Source: Deltaproteobacteria bacterium
GTDB taxonomy: Bacteria; Desulfobacterota; DSM-4660; Desulfatiglandales; B25-G16
Assembly (NCBI GenBank): GCA_019310725.1
Contig: JAFDDT010000004.1
Coordinates: 1 to 61,375, forward strand
Direction: 5' to 3'
DNA: 61,375 nucleotides
Part shown: piece after piece, positions 27,513 through 35,464 of the stretch
Position numbering within the stretch: the first letter of the stretch is position 1
Layout of the letters: each line of letters opens with the position of its first letter
Translations under genes and position numbers: made by a program
Notes under the pieces: model-generated
The model's input: the letters and a program-made list of their open reading frames with translations, nothing else
Database searches by the model: none
Told to the model about the DNA's origin: nothing

Positions 27513-28455
27513 AATCGGAGAGCCATCCATAGATGGTTCTAAATACCAAGTCGTGAGTTTTTTCCAAAACCAGTCCGTGTGACCCGTTCCCAACTAACAT
27601 GTAGGCCTTTTTTTCGGCAGGGCAGTCCTTGAAGCAATTCATTGCATCTTCCAAATCGACAAAAACCTCATATTCACCATACATAAAAAGGGTCGGACAC
27701 TTAATCATAGGTACATATTTTGCGTGGCGAGCATCTCTGGCATCTATGAAGGGACCGGTAGGTATTTTAGGATTTCGCTTCTCCACAATCTCAACAAATT
27801 TGTTCAGAACTTTTTCATCATATTTGTACCAAAGGCCTTTGGCTGACACAGGATTTGACGGAACAAAAGTTTTCCCTGTTTCGGCCATATGACTCAATTT
27901 GGCAACCACCTTTTTTACTTTCTGGTTAACTGTTTTATAAGGCAGACCCATTAATACCATACGTTCCACTTCCTCTGGATAATTCGCAGCAAGTGACAGC
28001 GAAATCACAGTTCCAAAAGAGAGGCCGACCACATCAACCTTATCAACCTTTTCTTTGGCCTCAATGAAATCAGCAACCGCTTTCATATCCTTTCCACAGT
28101 TGTCTGCGTTCACGTCCAGTCCTTCTGTTTTCGTGCTTTTGCCGTAACTCCTATGATCTACTGCATAGGCAACAAACCCTTTAGAAACCAGATAATCCAT
28201 GAGGTTGTATCCTTCTACTGGCAAATTATAGAGCGTTGAACCGCTCTTAACCCAAGGAATAAGAAGTACAACCTTTGTCGGCTTATACTGAGATGGGGCC
28301 TTTCTTACAACATAAATAGTGGGACCTGCTGGGCTTTTTACCGTATATTCACTTTGTACAGGTTCAGGTGTTTTGCAAACCTCTAAACCAGCACAGCTAT
28401 AAAAAAGTGAAATAGATATGAGGATTGCCCCAATAGTTACTAGTCTCCTTTTCAT
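27511..28455 (-). CDS. Alpha/beta-hydrolase lipoprotein
   Basis: Lipobox LFYSC after a signal peptide, and the nucleophile elbow GLSFG. 314 aa. Confidence 0.7.
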   Translation of the reverse strand: MKRRLVTIGAILISISLFYSCAGLEVCKTPEPVQSEYTVKSPAGPTIYVVRKAPSQYKPTKVVLLIPWVKSGSTLYNLPVEGYNLMDYLVSKGFVAYAVDHRSYGKSTKTEGLDVNADNCGKDMKAVADFIEAKEKVDKVDVVGLSFGTVISLSLAANYPEEVERMVLMGLPYKTVNQKVKKVVAKLSHMAETGKTFVPSNPVSAKGLWYKYDEKVLNKFVEIVEKRNPKIPTGPFIDARDARHAKYVPMIKCPTLFMYGEYEVFVDLEDAMNCFKDCPAEKKAYMLVGNGSHGLVLEKTHDLVFRTIYGWLSD

Positions 28456-28666
28456 CTTTCTACCTCCCCTCTTCTAATGTTTTGAGAAAGCTTTCACCAC
28501 TAATAAGGCCTAGGCTATACCACTCAGCCAAAAAGATGCATCACCTCCTTTCCGCCTAAGGAAAATTTTTCAATATTAAGGCCACAATCAAATCTCTAAT
28601 AACATTTCCTTCTGATGAGAATTAAAATAGTCGCACTCCTCGCATGAATGACTACAGCGGATTTTT

Positions 28667-29038
28667 TTATGCGCGACCTCCCTCCTTAGGGATATAGCAA
28701 TTGATAGATCTCACTTTATAAACGAGACAAGCCTCACAGGTTCCGTCAGGGCGGATATGATCACTAATTTTATTTTTGTAGAATTCCCAGCAGAAGGTTG
28801 GTAAATGGGCGGCATCAGGTAGGGCTTCTAAGTCAACACCCACTTCGGCAGGGTCAGGAAAGGGGATGTCGTTACTCTTCAGAAAGGAGGCCACATCCTT
28901 TGCTAGCACGCGCCAATGACAGGAGGTGCCCACGCGAAAACCCTTAATCTCTCCTCTTTCCAGCCAACGCTTGACGGTTTCCCGAGAATGGTGGCATACC
29001 AACGCGATATCGGACGTGGTAAATGCCTTTTTTTCCAT
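28667..29038 (-). CDS. Excisionase/MerR-type HTH DNA-binding protein with Cys-rich C-terminal domain
   Basis: The N-terminal part TTSDIALVCHHSRETVKRWLERGEIKGFRVG..HWRV resembles the HTH_17/excisionase family. The C-terminal half has CWEF...DGTCEACLVYKVRSINC. Confidence 0.6.
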   Translation of the reverse strand: MEKKAFTTSDIALVCHHSRETVKRWLERGEIKGFRVGTSCHWRVLAKDVASFLKSNDIPFPDPAEVGVDLEALPDAAHLPTFCWEFYKNKISDHIRPDGTCEACLVYKVRSINCYIPKEGGRA

Positions 29039-29069
29039 ATTTCTTTGTTTTCTTTGTTTTGTTTAGTAA

Positions 29070-29097
29070 GTTTTATCTTGTGGAATCAGTTTGTCAA
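29070..29097 (-). promoter_or_regulatory. Candidate sigma-70 promoter for the HTH gene
   Basis: On the minus strand: TTGACA (29097-29092), a 16-nt spacer, then TAAAAC (29075-29070). It is preceded by an A-run. Confidence 0.35.
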
Positions 29098-29307
29098 GTT
29101 TTTTTGTAGGCGAGAAGGTCTGAAAGGAGCGATACACTATTTGAATGGAAGTAATGCCGGAAAGGCAGAAGTTGAGGATATGGATGCCATGAGTGGCCTT
29201 CAATCGGCTGGGTATTTACATTGGAATGGAGAATACTACGGAAGGCTTGACTGCTCTGAAATCGGGAGCATCCTTTCTGGATTCAGTAAAGCAGAGAGAA
29301 CCCGCTC

Positions 29308-29673
29308 TCAACCGTGATGATGGCCTCCAAGGTGATCGTGCTGGCAGGGTTCTACTCCGGTGATCTCTCCTTTTAAATAGGCCTTGAGAACATTCCCAGC
29401 ATTCCCAGTTGCTCCACTTACAACTTCGATCCCTAAACCAGTAAACATATCAATTGCCCTTGGTCCCATACCACCAGCAATCATGACATTCACACCCTGT
29501 TCATTGATGAATTGAGGGACCATTCCAGGGGCATGGTTATTGTAATAGGGGTTATCAACACTCTTAGTCTTTTCTATTTCATGTCCCTCAACCTCTACAA
29601 TCAGATAGCAAGGACAACGGCCAAAGTGCTGGCTGATCTGACCATTGAGTCCCTTATTATCCTCGGTTGCCAG
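29308..29673 (-). CDS. NifX/NifB-C-like (dinitrogenase FeMo-cofactor-binding fold) small protein with His-rich tail; non-ATG start
   Basis: The frame is open from 29688 and reads (T)RRIALATEDNKGLNGQISQHFGRCPCYLIVEVE...HAPGMVPQF...IAGGMGPRA...CQHDHLGGHHHG. The only ATG (29523) would remove half of the domain. CTG at 29673 has a GAAGGA RBS, and ATA at 29679 is an alternative start. Confidence 0.6.
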   Translation of the reverse strand: MATEDNKGLNGQISQHFGRCPCYLIVEVEGHEIEKTKSVDNPYYNNHAPGMVPQFINEQGVNVMIAGGMGPRAIDMFTGLGIEVVSGATGNAGNVLKAYLKGEITGVEPCQHDHLGGHHHG

Positions 29674-29832
29674 TGCTATCCTTCTCGTTTATTCACACCT
29701 CTTTCACTAGTTTTACTCGCCTTCGCCAGAATACCCTGCAGCTTGTCGGAGCAAAGCGGAGATCCCGCTTGCGGGGCTGCGGGGAGCTTCATCTTTTGTG
29801 CGTTTTGCTGGATACTCATCTCTGACCTCTAT

Positions 29833-30714
29833 TCATGACTGATCTGTATTCAGGTCAAATCGAGCAGCCAGCCTCTCCCATATGTCCACAACCGCCCGGG
29901 CGGCCTGGGATGCCCCATCATATTCGATGACAGTCTGCTTCTGGACCATGGCCTTAGTGAATGACGGATCAAAGGGGATCCTTCCCATAATAGGTAAACC
30001 CCTATCCCTGGCATACTGTTCTATTACCACAGTCATATCCGGATTAAGGTCAAATTTGTTTATGCAAACGCTGGCTGGAATCCCAAAATGGTTGGCTAAC
30101 TCAACAACCCTGTCCATATCGTGCTGTCCAGAGAGGGTGGGTTCAGTTACAATAAGTACCGCACTAGCACCGGCTATTGATGCAATAACAGGACAGGCCA
30201 GACCAGGGGGCCCATCAGTGAGAATAAGGCTCAAGTCCCTCTCCTGTGCGAGCTCTTTGGCCTGCTTGCGGGTTAGCGTTACCAGTTTTCCGGAGTTGTC
30301 CTCAGCAATACCGAGTCTGGCATGTACCATGGGCCCAGCGCGTGTCTCTGATACAAACAATTCACCACAAGTCTTGATGGGAAAATCTATCGCATCTTCC
30401 GGACAGAAATAGACACAGACCCCACATCCTTCACAGTCAATAGGATCTACCTTATACTCCGAACTAATGGCATCGAAGCGACACAGCTCCCTGCACAGGC
30501 CGCATTCAGTACACTTATCCAGGTTTATTTCAGCCCTATGCCCTTCTTGAAAGTCTTGCCTCTCTTTTATGTCCGGTTCCAAGATCAGATAGAGATCAGC
30601 AGCATCTACATCGGCATCACACAGAACCTTATCCTTGGCTAGAGATGCAAAGGCGGCCAGCAAACTGGTCTTGCCGGTTCCACCCTTGCCGCTTATTACA
30701 ATAAGTTCTTTCAT
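29833..30714 (-). CDS. MinD-superfamily P-loop ATPase with inserted 2x[4Fe-4S] ferredoxin domain (COG1149-like)
   Basis: Walker A SGKGGTGKTS, then CTECGLCRELC and CEGCGVCVYFCP inserted between the ATPase segments. Confidence 0.85.
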   Translation of the reverse strand: MKELIVISGKGGTGKTSLLAAFASLAKDKVLCDADVDAADLYLILEPDIKERQDFQEGHRAEINLDKCTECGLCRELCRFDAISSEYKVDPIDCEGCGVCVYFCPEDAIDFPIKTCGELFVSETRAGPMVHARLGIAEDNSGKLVTLTRKQAKELAQERDLSLILTDGPPGLACPVIASIAGASAVLIVTEPTLSGQHDMDRVVELANHFGIPASVCINKFDLNPDMTVVIEQYARDRGLPIMGRIPFDPSFTKAMVQKQTVIEYDGASQAARAVVDIWERLAARFDLNTDQS

Positions 30715-30820
30715 AGCAACTTGGTTCTATTGGTTTGATTTATTTGGTTGCCAAAAAGCCCACCAAATAGGGTCATGGCAACAAGACTAACAGGGCAAGG
30801 CACGCATCTCCTCCTTCTTT

Positions 30821-31663
30821 TTACTCCTGTCTTACAAGATCGGTTATTTTTTCATAGAGGTGAATAAATTTCGCTTTCCAGTCAGGCAACTCCTCTACCA
30901 GGAGTTTACCCCTTGAATAGGTCTCTGCGATCTGGCGGTCAAATGGGATCTCCATAAGGATGGGGATGTCTTCCTGCTCTGCATATTCTGTAACCTTGGT
31001 ATCGCCCAGATCTGAGCGATTTATGATAATGCCATGAGGGATGTTGAGGATCTTAACCATGCCAACGGCGAGCTTCAGATCATTCAGACCAAATGGGGTA
31101 GGTTCCGTTACCAGGATCACAAAATCGGTGCCCTTTACTGAACTGATCACTGGGCATGACGTGCCCGGAGGGGCATCAATTATGTTTACCTTGTCCGGTT
31201 GAACAGCAGCCCTGACCCTTTCAATCACGGGAACCGCCATCACCTGGCCAACAAAGAGGCGGCCATGGGAAAATTCGAGACTATCCCTGTGACCACCTTC
31301 AAAGACCCCCATTTCTCTGTCTATTTCAGTAATTGCATCTTCGGGGCACACCTCCACACATCCGCCACAACTGTGGCACAACTCGGGAAAGGTTAAGACA
31401 GATTTGCCCACAACAACAATGGCCTGGAACTGACAGATATCCTGACATCGCCCACACAGGGTACATTTATCCATGTCTACCTGGGGGACTTTTAGGCCCA
31501 CCCTTTCAGTGTATGTAACCTCCGGCTGGATAAAGATATGGTCATTTGGTTCCTCTACGTCACAATCCAGAAGGTTTACCCCGGGTCCCAGGGCCACTGC
31601 CAGGTTGGTAGCTATTGTTGTTTTTCCAGTTCCACCCTTTCCGCTTGCTATGCTTATGATCAT
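30821..31663 (-). CDS. MinD-superfamily P-loop ATPase with inserted 2x[4Fe-4S] ferredoxin domain (second paralog)
   Basis: SGKGGTGKTT, CTLCGRCQDIC and CHSCGGCVEVCP. The ATG at 31663 has an AGGAAG RBS (the ORF track GTG is at 31699). Confidence 0.85.
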   Translation of the reverse strand: MIISIASGKGGTGKTTIATNLAVALGPGVNLLDCDVEEPNDHIFIQPEVTYTERVGLKVPQVDMDKCTLCGRCQDICQFQAIVVVGKSVLTFPELCHSCGGCVEVCPEDAITEIDREMGVFEGGHRDSLEFSHGRLFVGQVMAVPVIERVRAAVQPDKVNIIDAPPGTSCPVISSVKGTDFVILVTEPTPFGLNDLKLAVGMVKILNIPHGIIINRSDLGDTKVTEYAEQEDIPILMEIPFDRQIAETYSRGKLLVEELPDWKAKFIHLYEKITDLVRQE

Positions 31664-31816
31664 TGTCGTCTTCCTATTTGGCAGGAGTTCAACTTTCACC
31701 TGGCAGATTTCAGCAAAAACAGAGGGACTCGTGTTGTTATCGAATCCCTCAATTTTAAGTGTTTAAAGTCAGCTTAAGTGCCTACTGCATACTCCTTACT
31801 GCCTAGTAGATAATCG

Positions 31817-32653
31817 TCACTTCGTAAGATTAGCGACCTCATCTACAATCTTGGTGAAATTTACTGTGTAAGGCAGATCTTTTTGCTCCATCCAGTTTAC
31901 TGTTCCATTATCACCCTCAAGGACAATATCCGGCTCCAGAGGGAGGCTTCCCAGGAGTTTGAGCCCCGCCTTTTTGGCAGTGATAATACCACCATTTGTC
32001 TTAAAGAGATCAATGGTCTTGCCACAATGAGGACATTTCAAGCCACTTCCATTTTCTATCAAACCAAGGATTTGCATATTGACCTGATGGCAAAAATTTA
32101 TTGATTTTCGCACGTCAGCAAGAGAGATCTCCTGGGGTGTAGTTACAATAATTGCCTTGGTGTCCGGTATGATTTGGGCTATCGTCAAGGGTTCATCCCC
32201 TGTGCCAGGGGGACAGTCAATAATGAGATAGTCCGAATTACTCCAGGCAATGTCATTGATAAACTGCTTAATCACCCCGATTTTCAAGGGGCCCCTCCAG
32301 ATTGTTGCAGTGTCCTTATCTCCAAGCAGCGCCTCTATCGACATCACCTGCATGTTCGGCAGATAGCTTAAGGGAATCCCCTTTTTGAGCCCGGGAGAGG
32401 AAACTATTTCCCCCTTGAGTCCCAAGAGCCGGGGGATACTCGGACCGTGTAAGTCTACGTCCATCAGTCCTACCTGGAAGCCTTTCCTGGCCAGCCCAAC
32501 CGAAAGATAGGCGGCGATAGTACTTTTGCCAACACCGCCTTTTCCACTCATTACTAATATCTTGTTTTTAAACCCTTCAAGTTTTTCTCTTATCTCTTTA
32601 TCCTGGGCCTCCATCATGGCCTTTTTGCGTTTCATCTCTTCGTCTTGTTGCAT
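31817..32653 (-). CDS. Mrp/NBP35/ApbC-family Fe-S cluster carrier ATPase
   Basis: MSGKGGVGKST Walker A, DCPPGTGD, and the CPHCG motif. 278 aa. Confidence 0.85.
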   Translation of the reverse strand: MQQDEEMKRKKAMMEAQDKEIREKLEGFKNKILVMSGKGGVGKSTIAAYLSVGLARKGFQVGLMDVDLHGPSIPRLLGLKGEIVSSPGLKKGIPLSYLPNMQVMSIEALLGDKDTATIWRGPLKIGVIKQFINDIAWSNSDYLIIDCPPGTGDEPLTIAQIIPDTKAIIVTTPQEISLADVRKSINFCHQVNMQILGLIENGSGLKCPHCGKTIDLFKTNGGIITAKKAGLKLLGSLPLEPDIVLEGDNGTVNWMEQKDLPYTVNFTKIVDEVANLTK

Positions 32654-32938
32654 TATGCTATCTTTTCCTCCTCATTGATCTTAAAAACCATATAATATCA
32701 AACCTCTTTCAATAATCATTATATCCACCGTTGCATACAGGCCACTTCCTCAGTGCTGCCCTCGCCCATGAGCAAATAGCTCTTGAGCTATTCGGCGTCG
32801 AGCTCATGACCGAGAGGCTCACTGCCAAAAGGCTCGGCCCGCATGGGGTGAGCATAATAGGGATCATGGTCACCACTCCAAGCGTTCAGCTCTGTGGTGA
32901 ATATCTCTCCTGAACCTCTATACCCTCCCCGGCAATTG

Positions 32939-33127
32939 TCAGTCAACTTCAGTAACAGTGATCGCCTCCTGTTCACAGACCTCGATACAGCTCTCACATC
33001 CAATGCACTCCTCTGCATTGACAGGAACTGACTTTTCATCCTGCATTTCAAAGACATCTACAGGACAGACATCTACGCACTCCTCGCAGCCTATACATTT
33101 TTCTTTATCAACCTCTACCTTGTACAT
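32939..33127 (-). CDS. Small 2x[4Fe-4S] ferredoxin (paralog of 712-903)
   Basis: MYKVEVDKEKCIGCEECVDVCP...CIGCESCIEVC. By my count 54 of 62 aligned residues are identical to the 712-903 product. The ATG at 33127 has an RBS. Confidence 0.9.
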   Translation of the reverse strand: MYKVEVDKEKCIGCEECVDVCPVDVFEMQDEKSVPVNAEECIGCESCIEVCEQEAITVTEVD

Positions 33128-33239
33128 ATCCTTACCCCTTTCAAGTATGGTGCACAATAACGAGTAACAGATAATCCTTTCCTTAGAAATGTCAAGGTCT
33201 TTTTATCAGACCAACTGATCCCTCGTACGTAGCAGGCAG

Positions 33240-33584
33240 CTACTTGGCCGCTTTCTCCAATTCTTTGATCCTTGCATCGATCTGGTCCATCTGCTGCTTT
33301 AGCATTTGGGCCTGGTCTCTTAAGTAGTTTATCTCCTGCTCTGGGGCCATAGGAGCGCCAAATGGTGGTATCCCTGGCCCTCCAAATCCTCCCTGTGGCG
33401 GGTAATTAGGTTGACCATAGGGCGACATCTCTGACGTTCCATATCCTCCTGGAGGTGGGTAATAGGGCATCTGTGGCATACCTCCGCAAGGATTCATCCA
33501 GCCACCTGGCATAGGATAGCCCATTCCCATGGGCGGTCCCCAGGGAGGAGGCCATCCTCCATATGGATAAGATTGGTAATGCAT
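33240..33584 (-). CDS. Low-complexity Pro/Gly/Met/Tyr-rich protein with C-terminal coiled coil (DUF5320-like C-terminus)
   Basis: AAAGGAGG RBS. The N-terminal ~80 aa are almost only P, G, M, Y and W. The C-terminus reads EQEINYLRDQAQMLKQQMDQIDARIKELEK. Confidence 0.7.
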   Translation of the reverse strand: MHYQSYPYGGWPPPWGPPMGMGYPMPGGWMNPCGGMPQMPYYPPPGGYGTSEMSPYGQPNYPPQGGFGGPGIPPFGAPMAPEQEINYLRDQAQMLKQQMDQIDARIKELEKAAK

Positions 33585-33610
33585 ATCATCCTCCTTTCTA
33601 CATCAATTAG

Positions 33611-33815
33611 GACGCAGACCCGCGTGCCCGCCATCCATAGTATTACGGCCGACGGGCCAGACGGCGGGCAGATTTTCGCCGATGCCCGCAGATATTTATT
33701 CTATTGGTTCTTTATATTCAAAATCCTGGTAGCCTGCCCGCTAATCCCGACTGGTCGCGATAGCAATGGCAGACGGGTCTGCGTTCATGCGCTTCCAAAA
33801 TGGAAATCCCTATGC
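33611..33815. repeat. Structured ~200-nt interspersed element (copy 1), closed by an inverted repeat
   Basis: gacgcagacccg (33611-33622) pairs with cgggtctgcgt (33774-33784). About 155 nt (33664-33815) align at roughly 80-85% by eye with 47543-47697. It sits inside an operon between two small genes. Confidence 0.7.
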
Positions 33816-33829
33816 TATTAAGTTATTTT

Positions 33830-34072
33830 TTACGAATAAGGATAACCATACGGGTTTCCCGTCCACATACCATAAGGAGCATAGGCCGATTGATAGCTAT
33901 ATCCTCCATAAGGGGCATAAGGGGTAAACCCTGGGGCCCTATAGGCCCAGCCTCTGGGTAGGCCTCCCCTTCCCAAGCCAACATAAGGCCACGGGGGAGA
34001 ATATCCCCTAAATCCGAAGCCTCTTCCAAAACCTCTGCCCCTTCCCATTCCAAATCCTCTGCCGTAAGGCAT
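33830..34072 (-). CDS. RG/GY-rich low-complexity mini-protein (80 aa)
   Basis: AGGGGG RBS. The sequence is MPYGRGFGMGRGRGFGRGFGFRGY...YAPYGGYSYQSAYAPYG. G, Y, P and R together make up about two thirds of residues by my count. Confidence 0.65.
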   Translation of the reverse strand: MPYGRGFGMGRGRGFGRGFGFRGYSPPWPYVGLGRGGLPRGWAYRAPGFTPYAPYGGYSYQSAYAPYGMWTGNPYGYPYS

Positions 34073-34161
34073 AATTATACCCCCTTTGCACCTTAAACCG
34101 TGACTCTAACGGAGCAGTCCTGGCAGATACTAAGACTGCTGCAAAGATCTAATTATTTAGC

Positions 34162-34425
34162 TTACCACCATCCTCTGCCTCTGCCAAATCCTCTGCCACC
34201 GCCAAATCCTCTGCCAAATCCATAGGCACCATATGGATAGCCTGCATATGGAGTAGTGTATCCGGCTCCATAAGGTGGTACGTAGCCCATACCGTAAGGG
34301 CTGCCATATGGATAGGCTCCCATAAAGGGTGGTCTTGCTCCTGCATAATAGGGGTTACACCATCCCCTGCCTCCTCCGGTCATTGGGCCCATTCCTCTGG
34401 GTCCGGTTCCATCGAATCCTGGCAT
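34162..34425 (-). CDS. DUF5320-type N-terminal motif followed by GY/RG-rich low-complexity tail (87 aa)
   Basis: An AGGAGG RBS lies 8 nt before the ATG at 34425. The protein starts MPGFDGTGPRGMGPMTGGGRGWC, continues YPYGSPYGMGYVPPYGAGY, and ends GFGRGFGGGRGFGRGRGWW. Confidence 0.7.
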   Translation of the reverse strand: MPGFDGTGPRGMGPMTGGGRGWCNPYYAGARPPFMGAYPYGSPYGMGYVPPYGAGYTTPYAGYPYGAYGFGRGFGGGRGFGRGRGWW

Positions 34426-34450
34426 CTCATTCACCTCCTTTCTGCTTTTC

Positions 34451-34858
34451 TTAAGGAAAGTGGATCCCTCGCCGCCTTCTCCCTCTACCTGTGCCGGGTC
34501 CTGGTGGGCCTTTGCCCCACTGGCCAGGACGACCAGGCATCATAAATTGAACATCGAACAAATTGCCCTGCAAAAATGCGTGCAGTACATCCTCCACCTG
34601 GCCTGATATCCAGGCGATCAGATTGATCCCAGCAGTTGTGACCATGTTCGCAAGGGGTTTTGAAATAGCTCCACAGATAAGTGTATCAACTCCCAAACCG
34701 GTAAGTCTCATAGTTTTGCTGGGAGGAAAATATTCACTGATATCCGTCTCAAATCGTGAGTATTCACCTTCTTCTCCCACCTCAACCACTACCAGTCGCG
34801 ACGCTGCATCAAAAACGGGCGACACCCTCCCATTCCATGTTGGTATGGCAATTTTCAT
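34451..34858 (-). CDS. NifX/NifB-C-like small protein (divergent subfamily) with Gly/Arg-rich tail
   Basis: MKIAIPTWNGRVSPVFDAA...LICGAIS... fold pattern. The tail is GRPGQWGKGPPGPGTGRGRRRRG. Confidence 0.65.
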   Translation of the reverse strand: MKIAIPTWNGRVSPVFDAASRLVVVEVGEEGEYSRFETDISEYFPPSKTMRLTGLGVDTLICGAISKPLANMVTTAGINLIAWISGQVEDVLHAFLQGNLFDVQFMMPGRPGQWGKGPPGPGTGRGRRRRGIHFP

Positions 34859-34891
34859 TCTTGCCTTTATGTCTTTTGGTAATGGAAGAAT

Positions 34892-35104
34892 CTATTTTTC
34901 CAGATCTTTTATCCGAGACAGAATCGAATTAAGCTGATCCCGGAGAGCCTTTGCCTCTTGCTTGAGCGCTCCAATCTCTTGATCAGGAGATGCGGGAGGA
35001 GCCGTCTGATTTGGGCCATATCCTGCTTGCATACCCATGCCACGGCCCATACCCATGCCACGGCCCATGCCCATGCCACGGCCCATGCCCATGCCACGGC
35101 CCAT
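34892..35104 (-). CDS. (GRGMGM)n repeat protein with DUF5320-like C-terminal coiled coil (70 aa)
   Basis: The ATG at 35104 is preceded by AAGGGAG. The protein is MGRGMGMGRGMGMGRGMGMGRGMGMQAGYGPNQ...EIGALKQEAKALRDQLNSILSRIKDLEK. It overlaps the 3' part of the upstream gene in another frame. Confidence 0.6.
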   Translation of the reverse strand: MGRGMGMGRGMGMGRGMGMGRGMGMQAGYGPNQTAPPASPDQEIGALKQEAKALRDQLNSILSRIKDLEK

Positions 35105-35429
35105 TGGGTGATAATTCTCCCTTCTTATATCTATCAATCGCCTCTCTAATGGAACCACTAACGCCGACAATCACATCGACACCGGCTGCATTTAGGGTTC
35201 TGCTGGCATTGGGGCCAACATTTCCGGTTATAACCACAGTTGCCCCTGTGGAAGCGATAAACTGGCCTGACTGAATACCTGCTCCCCCGCCGAGAGACAT
35301 ACTCTCGTTCTCAATGGCCTCAAAGGTCATGTCATCTGGATTAACGATTAAAAAATACGCGCATCTACCAAATCTTGGATCTATTTCGGCGTCAAGATCC
35401 GTTCCCGTTGAACTAAACGCTATTTTCAT
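34983..35429 (-). CDS. NifX/NifB-C-like small protein; C-terminal limit uncertain (frame continues into a GPWHGH repeat)
   Basis: MKIAFSSTGTDLDAEIDPRFGRCAYFLIV...GGGAGIQ...ITGNVGPNA...IREAIDRYKKGEL is the complete domain. The same frame then reads PNGPWHGHGPWHGHGPWHGYGPWHGY through the tandem repeat to a stop at 34983. Confidence 0.7.
   Translation of the reverse strand: MKIAFSSTGTDLDAEIDPRFGRCAYFLIVNPDDMTFEAIENESMSLGGGAGIQSGQFIASTGATVVITGNVGPNASRTLNAAGVDVIVGVSGSIREAIDRYKKGELSPNGPWHGHGPWHGHGPWHGYGPWHGYASRIWPKSDGSSRIS
35034..35105. repeat. Tandem repeat, 18 nt x 4 (cccatgccacggcccatN)
   Basis: The units are 35034-35051, 35052-35069, 35070-35087 and 35088-35105. They differ only at the last base. 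Confidence 0.95.
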
Positions 35430-35464
35430 AAGCTATTTCTCCTTCCTTTTCTAAAATTATCCCT

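Noticed and set aside
32788-32946. Possible 52-aa ORF (TTG start overlapping the ferredoxin stop; ...GGYRGSGEIF...DHDPYYAHPMRAEPFG...)
   Set aside because: It is tempting because of the G/Y-rich start and its operon position. However, it has no ATG, there is no Shine-Dalgarno sequence upstream, and the only available start is a TTG inside the preceding gene. It is not called without conservation or expression evidence.
33823-34346. Alternative-frame ORFs (33823-34053 and 34149-34346) overlapping the GY/RG-rich genes
   Set aside because: They are by-products of the repetitive GC-rich codons. Unlike the called frames, they lack an RBS and lack the MP..DGTGP or RGG features.
34909-35097. Third open frame over the 18-nt repeat (MAWAWAVAW...)
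   Set aside because: It has no RBS and a nonsensical composition. Only the GRGMGM and GPWHGH frames connect to recognisable domains.
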